From: a bacterium
GTDB lineage: Bacteria; Hinthialibacterota; Hinthialibacteria; Hinthialibacterales; Hinthialibacteraceae
Length of the DNA stretch: 64,000 bases
NCBI GenBank assembly: GCA_963663405.2
Contig: CAXXSM010000053.1
Span: forward strand, 128,001 to 192,000
Reading direction: 5' to 3'
Positions 31,701-43,699 of this stretch are shown in pieces. The notes under the pieces were generated by a model. That model worked only from the letters and a program-made list of their open reading frames with translations, was not told where the DNA came from and ran no database searches. The translations under genes were made by a program, and so were the position numbers. Numbering within the stretch: the first letter of the stretch is position 1; each line of letters opens with the position of its first letter.

Positions 31701-34700
31701 ATAGATATTCGGAACGTCTTGCTCGTTCTCTTCCCAAAGAATTTCGTCTCCATCGGGATTAAAGAAATCGCAATTTCGGATTGTTAAAAGAGGCGGATCG
31801 CCCTCGTGATGAAGGCCGTTCGCGTTGAAGGCGACGATACAATTATCGATTGTGAGATTCGCTCCTCCCACGTGAATCCCCGCTACATCCCGGTTACTTC
31901 CTTCAAAAGCATTTCCTACAATCGTACAATTCCTGAATACTTCTCTCGAATCCGCGCGCACAAAAACGCCGCTTAAACGATTGTCCGCAATCAGACAATT
32001 CTCCGCGATGATTTCCACATAGGGCTGGTACACATAGACAGCGTTGTTGTTGTGGGTTAGTTTCGCGTTCTCAATCTCAAACCGGGCTCCTTCAGCGGTT
32101 CCCGTCACAGCCCGGTCCGCGTAACGTATATCCACATTTTGAAGATAGCCACGCGCTTCGCTGTTGTTGAATCGGACTCCCTGCCAATCCCCTGCGACAG
32201 GAGCGCTGCCGTCTCCATCTTGATTCGTGTCACCACCAACAGAATCATCCACAAGTGATGTAAGAATTACGGGCTTATCGATCGCGCCTTCGATACTCAA
32301 TGTTCCCCGGACTGTCAGCGATGTATTCCCACTGAATTTGAGAATGCTGCCGGGGAGAATGGTAAGCGCAGCGCCCTCCTCTACAATCACGGTTTTTTTA
32401 ATTAGGTAGGGCCCTTCCCACGTTGTCTGCGTACGGATCGATCCCGATATCGATGTGAATCCCACCCAAAAATCGGCGGTATAATCTCCACCGGGAATTC
32501 CGTCCGCGTTTCCATCAAGAGCATTTCCGTGATGATCTCGAATGGAATCCGAAACGGTTAAACGATATCTATCCGGGGGCATATCGCCTTTCGGAATAAA
32601 AGTAAGTATGCGTGTTTCATTGTTGTAGTTGATAAATCCATCGTTTTCCGGAATGGTGATTTCGTTTCCGTTATCAAATACGCCATCCCCTCCGCTGGCG
32701 ATTAGGGAAAACGCATGGGCGGTGATTGTATCCTTGTCTACATCATTATCGAAAAACTCGATGGTGATTTGATTGGGAGATTGCGATAGACATTCTTTGT
32801 TGTAAGGAGAACTTTTAAGGATTCTTGGCGGTCCCGTCTCAATGTAAAAAGGGCCAAGACGCTGTGTTTCACTTCTATTTCCCGCCCAGTCTACCGCGCT
32901 TAAATGGAACCAGTGTTCCTCTCCATCGCCTAAGTCTGGACTACTGATTGATATCTGGCTTGCATTTATATAATGATGGTCCACAGGATCGGTATTTTCA
33001 CGCGTCGACCATGCGTACCAATATCCTGAGACGCCGCTGAGAGAATCGCCGGCATTCTCCCACAAGATATCAATACTTGGATCTCCGGACCATTCCATGG
33101 TTTCATGGGAAGAACTGCTAAGTGTGGAAATCCATGGAGAAGACTGATCCACGATGAAATCATAGATATAATCACCTCCCGGAACTCCGTCTCCCGATGG
33201 TATGAAACGAGAGGAATCAGGCGTGTTATTATTCTCCCCATCTAAATGGTTGTCCATGAAATCAACGATCGCATCTGTAATCGTGAGACGATAGAAATCT
33301 TCAGGAAATCCGGCTGTTCGACGTAAACTCGCCGTAAGTGAGGGCCGATCGTACTCGATCGAGTCAGGGAGAATCTGCGCATCATCATTTGTACCGAGTT
33401 TGCCATCAGACCCAGGCGTGGAGATGAGAAGTGTGTCCGGATTTAGACTCGATGGATCGATCACTTCAGAAAATTGGATGCGGATTTCGTTGAGATTTTG
33501 CACCGCTTGGCCCGGCGCGGGAATCGTTTTCAACAACACGTGGAGCGGAGGCGAGTTCATTCCTCCACCAGGCGACTCGATCCCCGCTATCCCCCATGGC
33601 TACAATGTCCAAATGGCCATCGCCGTTCAGATCAGCGGCTCGAATCGATGCGGCGCCATCGAACGCTTCATCTAGAAGATGCTTTCGAAAGACTCCCCCT
33701 CCCCGATTTTCAAACCATGCGACGGTGTCCATTTCAGCGGCTGTAGCCAGTACATCCAAGTCTCCATCTTCATCTAGATCCGCCGTATCCAATCCACGCG
33801 CATTGTTCATCTTATCGGCAATGAGACGCTTAGAACCGAAATTCCCTTCGCCATCATTCTCCCACCAGGCGATCTCCCCTTCATTCCAAGCGGCCGCTAA
33901 AACATCCAGATCACCATCGCCATCTAAATCGGCGGCGTGTACGGTTTCCGGTCCGTCGATATCATTCTCAATGGTTTGTTTCTCTCCAAATGTTCCTCCG
34001 CCGGTATTTTGGAACCACGCCAACTCATCATCACGAAAAGCGGCTGCGAGAAGATCGGGCAAACCGTCTCCATTGAGATCCGCTGGATGGATCCAACGCG
34101 CTTCATCAAATGAGGTTTCTACGGTATGTTTGTCATAGACGCCGATATCAATATTTTCCCACCAGGCGATCTCATCATCATCGTTCAAGGCTGCGGCGAT
34201 ATCCAGATCCCCATCTCGATCGAGATCACTCGCACAAGCGGAAAAGGGACCATCGGCCATGCGATCGATTGGATGTTTGGCAAAGAAGGAGCTTCCATCG
34301 TTTTCCCACCAAGCGATTTGATCTTCTTTTTTAGATCCCGCAATTATATCAAGATCTCCATCGCCATCCATATCCGCTCCCGCTATGGAGAACGCATCTT
34401 CGAAGAAGCCTACTGTCACTCGATCTGTGAAATGACCATAACCGTCATTGGACCATAGCGCGATCCCTGACCGGCGGGATGACGCAATCAAATCCAAATC
34501 TATGTCTCCATCAAAATCTCCCACATCCAAATTCGTTCCCCCCTCATATGTAAGATCGATATCATGTTGCGAGAAAAAAAGACCGGGAACAATCGTGAAG
34601 GATGCGGTGTAATAGTCATCCGGGATTTGCCCCGGCGTCTTGTCCCCATTTTGATCTATCGCCACGCCGGATGAATTCAGGATTGTTGGCCCAGCGATCA

Positions 34701-36006
34701 TTTCATACGTTCCGAAATCGGACTGGGATTCAATCGCAATAGCAAGAGTTCGATCATCGATCCAGGTATAGCCGGTGATTGCAATGGCGCCGCGGGGGCC
34801 CACAACGTCAATAACATCCTCTTCAGGTGAGAAAGACAGCAGGTCCATCGAATGGGAAAAGTAGAGACGAATTTCGTGGACTGTTTCACTCACTTCGCCG
34901 AATGGATAGTGAGCCGCAATGGAGGGAGTTCCAGGATCTTGGTTGAGTGAGACACGATCGATAAACCATCCCGAATCCGTATATCGGGAGGAATTATGGA
35001 GAAAGGCCAAGCGTATCTTTTTCCCGGCGTAACTCGTTAATTCCACCCCTGTGTGCGCCCAATCGCTTTTTCCCTTGATCGATCGCACTGTCGTCCACTC
35101 TCCCCATGCGTTCTCCATCCATTCCGAGATTTGAACGCTGCCGGAACCAGTGGAAGGATACTCATACCATTCCCAATAATGAAACCATATGTTGCCAAGC
35201 GACGAAACTGGGGGTAGAACGACTGTTGGACTGATGAGACGGCTGGCGATTTCCGGCGCATATTCTCGATCCATCGCCGTTCCCGCGCACTGTACACCTT
35301 CCACTGCGCGATCCGGATTATAAGTTGGTTGACCCACTTCCCATATCCCCGCATCGGTATACCAGTCGTTCCATCCGTTTTCAAATCCTTCCACTTCCGG
35401 CCACTCCGGCGCGCCGAATCGGATTTCCACACGATCGATATACCAACCGGCTCTTACACTAGAACTTCCATCATGGTGAAACGCTAACCGGATCTGGCGC
35501 CCGGTGTACGCCGTCAAATCCAAGGCGACAAAATGCCAGTCCACACTCGTACGATCGCTCTTTGTGGTCGAGCCAACCGGTAGCCAATTGCTCCATTCAC
35601 CGCCTATCCACTCTGAAACTTGAACAGTCCCTTCCGTGTAACTGCCATACTCATACCATTGCCAATATTGCAGACGGATCTCCTCATTCCCTGAAATTGC
35701 AGGAAGTGTTAAAGGGGGAGAGATCAAGCGGCTGTTTGTATATGCCGGATAATCCCCATCCAAAATGGTTCCCGCACAGTTCGCGCCCTCGAATGACGCC
35801 GGACAATCCCCAGACGGCGTTCCGATCGCCCAGATTCCATTCTCAATAATCCAATCCCCTCCTCCACTCTCGAATCCTTCTTCGAAAAGAACGGTGTCCA
35901 ATCCCAGACCGGTTGGAATTCCGCTTGCTTCTTGGGAGTAACATCCAATTGGAAACGAAACAAAAGATAGAATGATGATAACGAGAATCAGACGTGGCGC
36001 ATTCAT
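25749..36006 (-). CDS. Giant (~3,400 aa) exported modular adhesin-like protein; one apparent frameshift at the T4 run 33527-33530
   Basis: Signal peptide; two MAM/cleaved-adhesin-like domains (SRLISP...GWYIDRV), SbsA/Ig-like domains, FG-GAP repeats (ADLDGDGDLD), beta-helix, CARDB, PPC-like, many carboxypeptidase-regulatory-like repeats, PEDKFGPEG...AFVEFD domain, FN3-like. Removing one base joins ASAPRVVE to TIPAPGQ. Confidence 0.8.
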
Positions 36007-36093
36007 GAATCATCCTCCATTTTTTAACATCGTATCAACATTGGAGTGACACAGATTAAATTGAACGGTTGCATATATGAATTTGTGATATCA

Positions 36094-36122
36094 ACAATAA
36101 TGTATTTTAATTCACATGTCAA
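36094..36122 (-). promoter_or_regulatory. Candidate sigma70 promoter of the giant protein gene
   Basis: TTGACA-17 nt-TATTGT on the minus strand about 90 bp upstream of the start; RBS GGAGG. Confidence 0.4.
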
Positions 36123-36728
36123 AAAACTACCAATCTTATCCTACTTAAAAGATCTATTCACTCTTCTTGTTTACCCGGCATATGTCTACATTTGCATCCC
36201 ATCTAATCTCATGGATGCCCAAAAAAGTCAAGAGTATTGTTCGATAATCGATTACGGGAGATATGAGGACTACACTGAACTCTTCATTCGATGCTAGTTC
36301 AGCGGTAAAAGAAAAGGATCAATAACGTCATTTTTAGATTAAAAAGAGAATGAATTGTTATATGAAAATTAGAATTCGAATACGCCAGTTTAATAAACAA
36401 AACAATATCATGCCCTTAGAACATTAGGTACGCGGATGCAAACAACTTGTACTTGTGATTATAAGTCTTATATATTGAGTATGTTATGAATATTATATTT
36501 ATGAAGATTACTTATGAGATTAGTCTTTATCGTCCGAAATGGGCTTTACTAGGAGTTGAAACATCGTTACTTCATTGACTTGATGTCAGCGAACAATGGT
36601 AACTTTCTCTAAAAATGTAGAGTGTTTTCTGTTTTTAAATGAATTTTTTCCTTTTGACTTCATAAATTCAAACTGAGAGTAAATTCAATTTCGATAAATG
36701 AATATGTCGTCCAAATGAGCTCAGCATA

Positions 36729-37020
36729 TCATGCCGTACCGATAAAGTACATGATTAAGATGAATACATCCGCCTGCCGCTCGCGAGAAAGAATAATGTC
36801 ATCCATTTCTGGTTTTATGATCATGTCAAACTTATTATTATCCTTCAAGGCGTCATTCAGGTTGTCTAGATTTGCATTATCATTGAGTTCCTTAGGTGAA
36901 GTCGATTGCATTCCATCGGTTTCAACAGCATGCAACTGGATAGAACTGATGTTAATCTCCTTCCCTTGTATGAAATAAGGAAAATAATCCCGCTTAATCT
37001 CTGCCTTAAAATAGAGGAAT
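36729..37020 (-). pseudogene. Gene fragment resembling the extreme C-terminus of TcA-like toxin-complex proteins
   Basis: EIKRDYFPYFIQGKEINISSIQL...DVFILIMY; recognised from memory only, no start context. Confidence 0.3.
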
Positions 37021-37141
37021 TTACAAAAAAGGGGCTGATAGATATATGTGATACTCATATAGTATTAATGGAAATGAGCATTTTTTTATAAAAGAACCCG
37101 GACCAGATTCCTGCGAGATCTGTGGGAGAACATTACAACCT

Positions 37142-38313
37142 ATGGATATTATTAGTAAGATGGTACGTCTACAGAACGTCACTGCGACGCGAGCAGATAG
37201 AATTACCTCGGATAAGGAGGAACGTCAGCGAATTGGGTATGATATTCAAAGTACATTCGAGTTTGCAAAAATTAACGAAGAGATTGATTTTCGTCAGGCG
37301 GAAGTTAAATCTAGCGATCAGAGAATAGCCAGATTACGTTACGGAGATACTACGACGATATGGCGAATTAATCTAGGCTGGAAAAAACGAAAGCATCAAA
37401 ATGAATATGGCTTTTTATTGGACGGAGAACGTGGAGTTTGGGCAATAAACAAAGATGTTGACGATACTGATCAAGAAAGTCCTTTAATAGGACGTATTGT
37501 CCGTGTTGTTCCCTATGTCCAGAATGTTCGCAATGCCTTAACATTTGAGTTAGAAGGCAGACAAGACGTAAAGGTAATGGCAACATTGCAAGCAGCGCTT
37601 AAACAGGGCATTCAGCAACTATATCAACATGAGCCAAACGAACTTGCAGTAGAACCTTTACCTAATGCAGATAATCGAAATCTTCTCTTTTTAATGAAGC
37701 AGCCGAAGGGGGGGCAGGTGTTCTTCGTCAGATTGTCGAAGATTCTCATGCAATTTCTGAAATTGCACGAACTGCGCTTTCAATCTGTCACTTCGATCCA
37801 AAGTCTGGGAAAGATCTTGCATCAGATGTTTGTGAAGCGGCATGTTACGATTGTCTATTGGAATACGGCAATCAAACTGATCACTGTAATATTGATCGAC
37901 AGTTAATTCTTTCACTTTTACAAACACTAACCAAAGCGACCACAGAAATTTCAGGTTCACGTTATAGCCGAATAGATCACATGGACAAATTGTTGCGCCT
38001 TTGTGATTCGGAATTAGAGAAACGATGGCTCCAACGTGTTCATGAATCTCAACATCGTCTTCCTACTCATGCGCAATATCTAATTTCCTCTTGCTCCACT
38101 CGACCGGACTTTTATTATTCTGATGCTAATATGACTGTTTTTATTGATGGGCCTGTGCATGATAATCCAGCAGAAAAGATAAAAGACAAACAAATCACTG
38201 AACGGCTAATAGAGGCTGGATACTTAGTTATCAGGTTTCATCATGCAGCCAACTGGAATAGGATTTTCAATGATTACCAAGATATATACGGTAAGAGAAA
38301 GGAAAACATATGA
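37142..38313 (+). pseudogene. 3' remnant of a large DEAD/DEAH (YprA-like) helicase with DUF1998 and DUF559-like nuclease domain
   Basis: RITSDKEERQRIGYDI; after the frameshift at ~37690 EAAEGGAGVLRQ...ICHFDP...CEAACYDCLLEYGNQ (DUF1998); DSELEKRWL...RPDFYY...VFIDGPVHD...GYLVIRF; helicase core absent. Confidence 0.75.
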
Positions 38314-38947
38314 CTTCTACATTTACTCCGGGAGTCATGGTAACAGCACGTGGTCGTGAATGGGTAGTATTACAGACTCGGATGATAATGTATTAATGCT
38401 CCGGTCTGTCGGTGGACTGGACGATGAAGTAACCGGAATTTGTACGACTATCGAAGATGTGCGATCCACGTGGGAATGAAGATGCTTTTCGTTCACTTCA
38501 TTCCTTGGTCGATTAAAAATTTGCTAATCTCCCTCGTGACATGGAATCATATAGCCATTCTGCGTTACGAATAGAATTAGCTAAGCATTTAGTTTAACGG
38601 CTTCGCGGCAATGTAATTGCTATGGATGAAGATTTGAATATTGAGACTTTTTTTCCAGAGCGTGAAGACGCGGAAGAGAGTTATACGCTTTCACCAGAAT
38701 ATAAATAGTTGTTTGCAAAAATATTCGATTTTGCGAGCTAATTGGTAAGTGATGAATCGGGCAATAAACGCAATCGCAGAGTTCGATGGTGGTCGGCTTT
38801 AGCGCTCCTTCGAGCGATGGCTTCAAGTCCAGCTGCTGCCGCTGCGACGCATCGAAATCGAGCTGCAACAGCAAATGCTGAAAGTGATGAAGATGTCGAA
38901 AAACTAGGGCGTCAAGCAATTCTCGATCAGGAAGAACAGATCGAGAA
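38310..38947 (+). pseudogene. Fragmented SNF2-like helicase (DrmD-like)
   Basis: ATGA overlap with the upstream stop; MTSTFTPGVMVTARGREWVVL..LMLRSVGG, internal deletion, then FPERE...YTLSPEYK*LF...S*LV...RVRWWSALALLRAMASSPAAAAAT with in-frame stops. Confidence 0.7.
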
Positions 38948-39272
38948 TCAGCGAGGCTTTTTGGAGGAAGTGGGGATCACGCGGAAAATCCAACTGCGAA
39001 ACGACCAGGATTTAATAGCATCGGCGTGAAGCCAACGCCAAACCGTGGCCCCGCTGATGAAAACGATAAGGCCTTGTTGAACGGCTTCGCGCGCAATATC
39101 CGCATGGCTGAATCGAGAGAGAGGAACGCCATGCTTACGGGGAAATTCGCAAGCGAGGGCCTTAATCCCCACAACGATCTCAGGGAGAAAAAACGTGGGG
39201 GCGTCCGCGCCTGGGTCGATCCTGGAGACCGGCCAAGCGCTCTTGAAAGAAACGCTTTCGCCATATACTGAT
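38948..39272 (-). mobile_element. IS630-family transposase fragment
   Basis: WRKRFFQERLAGLQDRPRRGRPHVFSP, frame change at TTTTTTCTCCC, then EIVVGIKALACEFP..HGVPLSRFS...ISGATVWRWLHADAIKSW. Confidence 0.85.
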
Positions 39273-39636
39273 AAAATGTTATCACTACCTCATATTGAAA
39301 AGACGGATTACTATCCCTTTTTGAATATTTCCCAAAAAAGTCAAACACAATTAAAAATGAAACAAAAAAATTTCATCTATTCGCTTTATAAATCATTACT
39401 TAGTCAGAGTAATCGGACTAAAAATATATTAAACAAAATATTCGTTAGTGACATTGATATAGATATTATTTGTAACTTTCCTTATCGTCTCATTATTATT
39501 TAGCCCGGTCGGTTTAATTCTGACCATTTATATTAGCAAGGGGAAGCCATTCATACAAAAAAGTTACTATGATCTTCTACTCGCAATCCATCAGAGTAAA
39601 CTACATATCACGAAACCGTAACATGGAGAAGAAAAT

Positions 39637-42195
39637 ATGATGCGTCATTTGAAAAAGATATTGCCGATTTTGATTGGTACAACAATTTGCTTTGTGATGG
39701 GCCAACCTTTATGCGCATCAGATTTGAAATCGGACACGGTACTGCGAGTTTCCAGTTTTTCTCCATGCGCGCCGGAAATAATAACCATCAGGCAGGATGC
39801 TACCTCCCTGGAATCGTTAGCGGCCAATGAAGTTAGACGCTATGTCTATTTACGTACGGGTAAATTGACGCCGGTGGAAAGGAACGTGACTCACGGTGAT
39901 CGTATCATTGTGTCCGTTAAGGGGCAATCCTTTTGCGACGAAGTGGGGAGGGAATTAGCGTCGCAGCAATTCGCATTGAAAACCGGCGAGTCGAACAACG
40001 ATACCATCTGGTGGATCGTAGGTGGAGATGAGATCGGCGTTTTGTATGGCGCGTACCGTTTTGTCGAGAAACTGGGAGTGCGCTTCAGCTTGGATGAGGA
40101 TATATTGCCGGATGAGATGATGAGCGGCGACTGGCCTGAATTCAATGAAATAGGTATGCCTCGCTTTGCTTTGCGCGGCCTTCAGCCTTTTCATGATTTT
40201 TCTGTTGGGCCGGATTGGTGGAATCTCAATGATTATCAAAATGTTTTAACGCAAATGGCAAAGTTACGGATGAACTTCATCGGTTTTCACACCTATCCGA
40301 GTTGGAATCCTTCCACCGGACCTGAGGCCAACGTCTGGACGGGATTACCCGAAGATGTGGACGATCAGGGCAATGTTCGTTTTGGATATGAAGCCGGTGT
40401 TGTAACCACCAGACGCGGCTGGGCTGTAAAACCTTTTCCCACCAGTCACTATGCCTCCGGCGCAGGCTTGCTTTTTGAAAATGACGATTACGCTCCTGAC
40501 TTTATGCTGGAATGTCTGGATTGGCCCCAAACCGAGGAAGCAGGCATTGCCATGTTTAACCGGTACGGGGATTTTCAGCAACGCATTTTCACTCAAGCCC
40601 GTCGTCTGAACATCAAAACCGCTATTGGAACCGAACTGCCTCTCGGCATCCCAAAAGAATTGGCTGCGCGATTAGAATCCAAAGGAATGAAACCGGATGA
40701 TCCAAAGGTGATTAGCCGCTTGTATGAAGGGACGTTTCTTCGAATCATTCGAAAGATGCCGATTGACTATTATTGGCTTTGGATACCGGAGGTCTGGTTG
40801 GGAATGGAACCGGGCTGCCAAGGCTGGGAGATGACCACAAGAGAGAATACAGAACATGATCTGAAACTCGCAGAAGCAACGGTCCAATCGATGAAGGTTC
40901 CTTTCGACTTGGCAACCTGCGGCTGGCGTCTGGGAACTCGCGATGACGCGTTGTGGATGGATCAGCGAGCTCCAAAAAGTTGGCCGATGTCGTCACTCAT
41001 CACCGGAGTGGGAGGCGATCCGGTAGAAAAACAGTATGGAACTATACAGGATCGTCCCAAGTGGGTAATCGGTTGGGCGGAGGATGACGGCACGGCAGGG
41101 GCTCATTGTTGTACCTGTTGGGATTTACAACTCTGGGTCGAGCGTATGATGGTTAACTCGTCGGATGCTTATCGTTACGGTTGTGAAGGCATGTTGGCGA
41201 TCCATTGGCGAACCGCTGCGATATCGCCGAATATTATGGCGTTGGCGCGGGCTGGATGGGATTTCGACGATAACATCTATGCTTCCACCGTCGATAGCAA
41301 AATGCCGGGCATGGATGATTACTGGATGGAATGGGGACGAGGCGTTTTCGGCGGCGAGGCCGGAGCGGAAGCGGGAAGGATCATGCAACAATTCGATGGC
41401 AGCCATCCACGTATCAATGCAATGATTTCGGCGGGAGCGAAAACAAGCGATGTAAGTATTTCAGAGTTTTTTCTTCCTTTGCGCGAGTTGGAATCATTGC
41501 GTTCCCGCATTCAAGGCCCCGGTAATTTGAACCGTTTTGATTATTGGCTCAATTTTATACGAGCGACTCAGCTGCGCGTGCAAACATGGGTAATGGCGGA
41601 TCGCCTTTCTGTAAAAATAAACGAAGTGAAGGCGATTGAGGATGCGAACGACAAGAAGTGTTTTGTGCGGGAAGAAATTCTGCCACTCAAAATAGAGATG
41701 ACACGCAACTATGAAGACATGATCGCAGCCTTTGTCAATTGCGCAAAATCGCCGGGCGAAGTAGGCACGATCGCAAGCATCGAGAGCGGTTCTCGTGTGC
41801 GGATTCTCTCCATTCATGACGCTGCTATAACCGAGATCCTTGGAGAACCATTGCCTCCTGAAACCGTTGTCAATATGGCCTATCGTGGAGAACCACGAAT
41901 TTTCGTTTCTTTAAAATGCTCACAAATGAATATCGATGAGCCGCATGAAATCCGGGTATTTGTACTTTCTGAACAAAAGAGCGTCGGAGTTAATCTATAT
42001 TGGCGTTCTCTTGGCAAGGGGGCTTTCCAGAAGATAATTGCCGGACATCGCAACCGGCAAGCCTACCGAGTGATTCTTCCGGCTCAGTCACAGGGAGCCG
42101 TAGAATACTACCTGGAAGCCATGCTGGATGACGGGAAAAAAATTCTATGGCCGTCCACCGCACCCTCTATCAACCAAACAATGGTCGTATGGTGA
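39637..42195 (+). CDS. Secreted glycoside-hydrolase-like protein (GH20/GH67-type N-terminal domain plus TIM barrel)
   Basis: Signal peptide; LAANEVRRY, IVGGDEIGVLYGAYRFVEKLGVRF, PRFALRG, MAKLRMNFIGFH, WAEDD. Confidence 0.65.
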   Translation: MMRHLKKILPILIGTTICFVMGQPLCASDLKSDTVLRVSSFSPCAPEIITIRQDATSLESLAANEVRRYVYLRTGKLTPVERNVTHGDRIIVSVKGQSFCDEVGRELASQQFALKTGESNNDTIWWIVGGDEIGVLYGAYRFVEKLGVRFSLDEDILPDEMMSGDWPEFNEIGMPRFALRGLQPFHDFSVGPDWWNLNDYQNVLTQMAKLRMNFIGFHTYPSWNPSTGPEANVWTGLPEDVDDQGNVRFGYEAGVVTTRRGWAVKPFPTSHYASGAGLLFENDDYAPDFMLECLDWPQTEEAGIAMFNRYGDFQQRIFTQARRLNIKTAIGTELPLGIPKELAARLESKGMKPDDPKVISRLYEGTFLRIIRKMPIDYYWLWIPEVWLGMEPGCQGWEMTTRENTEHDLKLAEATVQSMKVPFDLATCGWRLGTRDDALWMDQRAPKSWPMSSLITGVGGDPVEKQYGTIQDRPKWVIGWAEDDGTAGAHCCTCWDLQLWVERMMVNSSDAYRYGCEGMLAIHWRTAAISPNIMALARAGWDFDDNIYASTVDSKMPGMDDYWMEWGRGVFGGEAGAEAGRIMQQFDGSHPRINAMISAGAKTSDVSISEFFLPLRELESLRSRIQGPGNLNRFDYWLNFIRATQLRVQTWVMADRLSVKINEVKAIEDANDKKCFVREEILPLKIEMTRNYEDMIAAFVNCAKSPGEVGTIASIESGSRVRILSIHDAAITEILGEPLPPETVVNMAYRGEPRIFVSLKCSQMNIDEPHEIRVFVLSEQKSVGVNLYWRSLGKGAFQKIIAGHRNRQAYRVILPAQSQGAVEYYLEAMLDDGKKILWPSTAPSINQTMVVW

Positions 42196-42244
42196 ATTAT
42201 CCTGCTATAAGTTAGTTTCTTATTATTTATAGAGCAATTTAATA

Positions 42245-42539
42245 TCAAACCGCTTTTGGAAGACAAAAAGCCATAGCATTTGTTTCTTCGAATCGACGTC
42301 GTTCAATAGGGAAGAAAACTGTTTTGGCGCCTCTTCCTAATGGATCTTTTGACATTCCGCATTAACTTTATTGAGAGTTCTTCCCTTAAATCGATAATGT
42401 GGCCGCCATTCGTTTTACCATTCCGAAAATGAGTTGCAAAGAGATTCCAGATGATCAATTCCTTTGATCATTGCCACTCAATTCAACCATTCGTATTTCA
42501 ACGTTTTGATGACTCTTTTTGTTCGGCGATCGAACCATG
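42245..42539 (-). mobile_element. Decayed integrase-core (rve/DDE) transposase 3' fragment
   Basis: VIKTLKYEWLN*VAMIKGIDHLESLCNSFSEW*NEWRPH...GRT with in-frame stops. Confidence 0.65.
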
Positions 42540-42559
42540 TTACTCAACGGCGCCCAAAC

Positions 42560-42730
42560 AGTGAGTTCGGACAGAGTTTTCTCTCCCTTGATTGCGTTCA
42601 GAGCCACTTTGGTAATAAACGAGCCGCTTAATTGGTTTCGTTTGTTCTTCATGGTCAATCCTCCAAGCTAAGTTGTCGACTCGGAGGATTTCCACCTTGT
42701 ATTTCTGTCCGAATTTTGGGGGGCACTTCA
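42560..42730 (-). mobile_element. IS3-family left end with truncated OrfA
   Basis: Terminus TGAAGTGCCCCCCAAAATTCGGACA (5'-TG), RBS GGAGGA, MKNKRNQLSGSFITKVALNAIKGEKTLSEL. Confidence 0.75.
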
Positions 42731-42773
42731 CATCCTGAATATCCTTTAATCCTGTCTATCAAGATTCAAACAA
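42731..42773 (+). repeat. Family-B repeat (single arm)
   Basis: CATCCTGAATATCCTTTAATCCTGTCTATCAAGATTCAAACAA. Confidence 0.75.
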
Positions 42774-42782
42774 TAACAAACT

Positions 42783-43637
42783 CTATTCCCCCCGAAAAAC
42801 GGGCTTCAATGGATCGATCCCCAATTTCTCCCTAGCCGCGTTCACCATCGGCCCTGGATCATTCACAAGTGGAAACTCAACACCGGCGGTTAATAACTTA
42901 CATAGGATTTCAGGCGTTTCCGCTCCATAGTAATTGATACGGATTCCATGTTTTTTCAATTTAGAAATCACATCAGATTTCACAGTCCCCTTACCGAGAA
43001 GTTGAATGAATTGCGCGCCGGACTCAATTGTTTGATTCGCGTAGTCCATTGAATTCTGTTGCCGGTCCATGTTGCAGATTTTGATCTGCGGGAAGATCTT
43101 ACGGGCGCCTTGGGCCGCGGCCGCGCCGCAAGCGAGAAACGATTGACGCTGACGCTTTTCCTTCACGATCGTTTCCGCGACTTTGGCGCCGAGTTCCTCC
43201 CCGCCTTTTAGATGAACGTTTAACCAAACATTCTCCGGCATAATCCGGAGCGTTTCCGTAAGGGTGGGAATACGCGTTCCCTTAAACCGTTCGCTCTTTT
43301 TTATCCCCGCGTCCAGTTGACGTAATTCTTCCAGCGTGAGCTGAGAAACTTCACCTGTTCCATCCGTGGTTCGGTCGACGGTGGAATCATGCAGGATGAC
43401 CAAATGACCGTCTTTTGATAGTTGCACATCAAATTCGATCATGTGGACTCCGAGTCGAATCGCCTCTTGAAAAGCGGGCAGCGTATTCTCTGGATGAGTC
43501 GTCATCGCCCCGCGATGCGCGCATACTCCCCGTTCCGGAAGAGTGATCCGGCTTGATAATTCCTTGGCGCCGCCTTCATTCATAACGCACGTTGAAACAA
43601 AGATCAACGCAATAATGAATTGAACAATCGTTCTCAT
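42783..43637 (-). CDS. Glycerophosphodiester phosphodiesterase family protein (exported)
   Basis: AHRGAMTTHPENTLPAF, IEFDVQLSKDG..VILHDSTVDRTT, RIPTL. Confidence 0.92.
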   Translation of the reverse strand: MRTIVQFIIALIFVSTCVMNEGGAKELSSRITLPERGVCAHRGAMTTHPENTLPAFQEAIRLGVHMIEFDVQLSKDGHLVILHDSTVDRTTDGTGEVSQLTLEELRQLDAGIKKSERFKGTRIPTLTETLRIMPENVWLNVHLKGGEELGAKVAETIVKEKRQRQSFLACGAAAAQGARKIFPQIKICNMDRQQNSMDYANQTIESGAQFIQLLGKGTVKSDVISKLKKHGIRINYYGAETPEILCKLLTAGVEFPLVNDPGPMVNAAREKLGIDPLKPVFRGE

Positions 43638-43699
43638 TTGAATGTACCTTCCTCTTAAACGAATTGGGGGGATTGTGAAAGAATCGTAGAAATATAATT

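Noticed and set aside
36085-36093. Second TGATATCA palindrome near the giant-gene promoter as part of an Arc regulon
   Set aside because: A single AT-rich 8-mer can occur by chance in 64 kb, and it lacks the tandem copies seen at 11150.
36300-42730. Prophage or ICE
   Set aside because: No site-specific integrase, phage structural, relaxase or T4SS genes; only IS and defence remnants.
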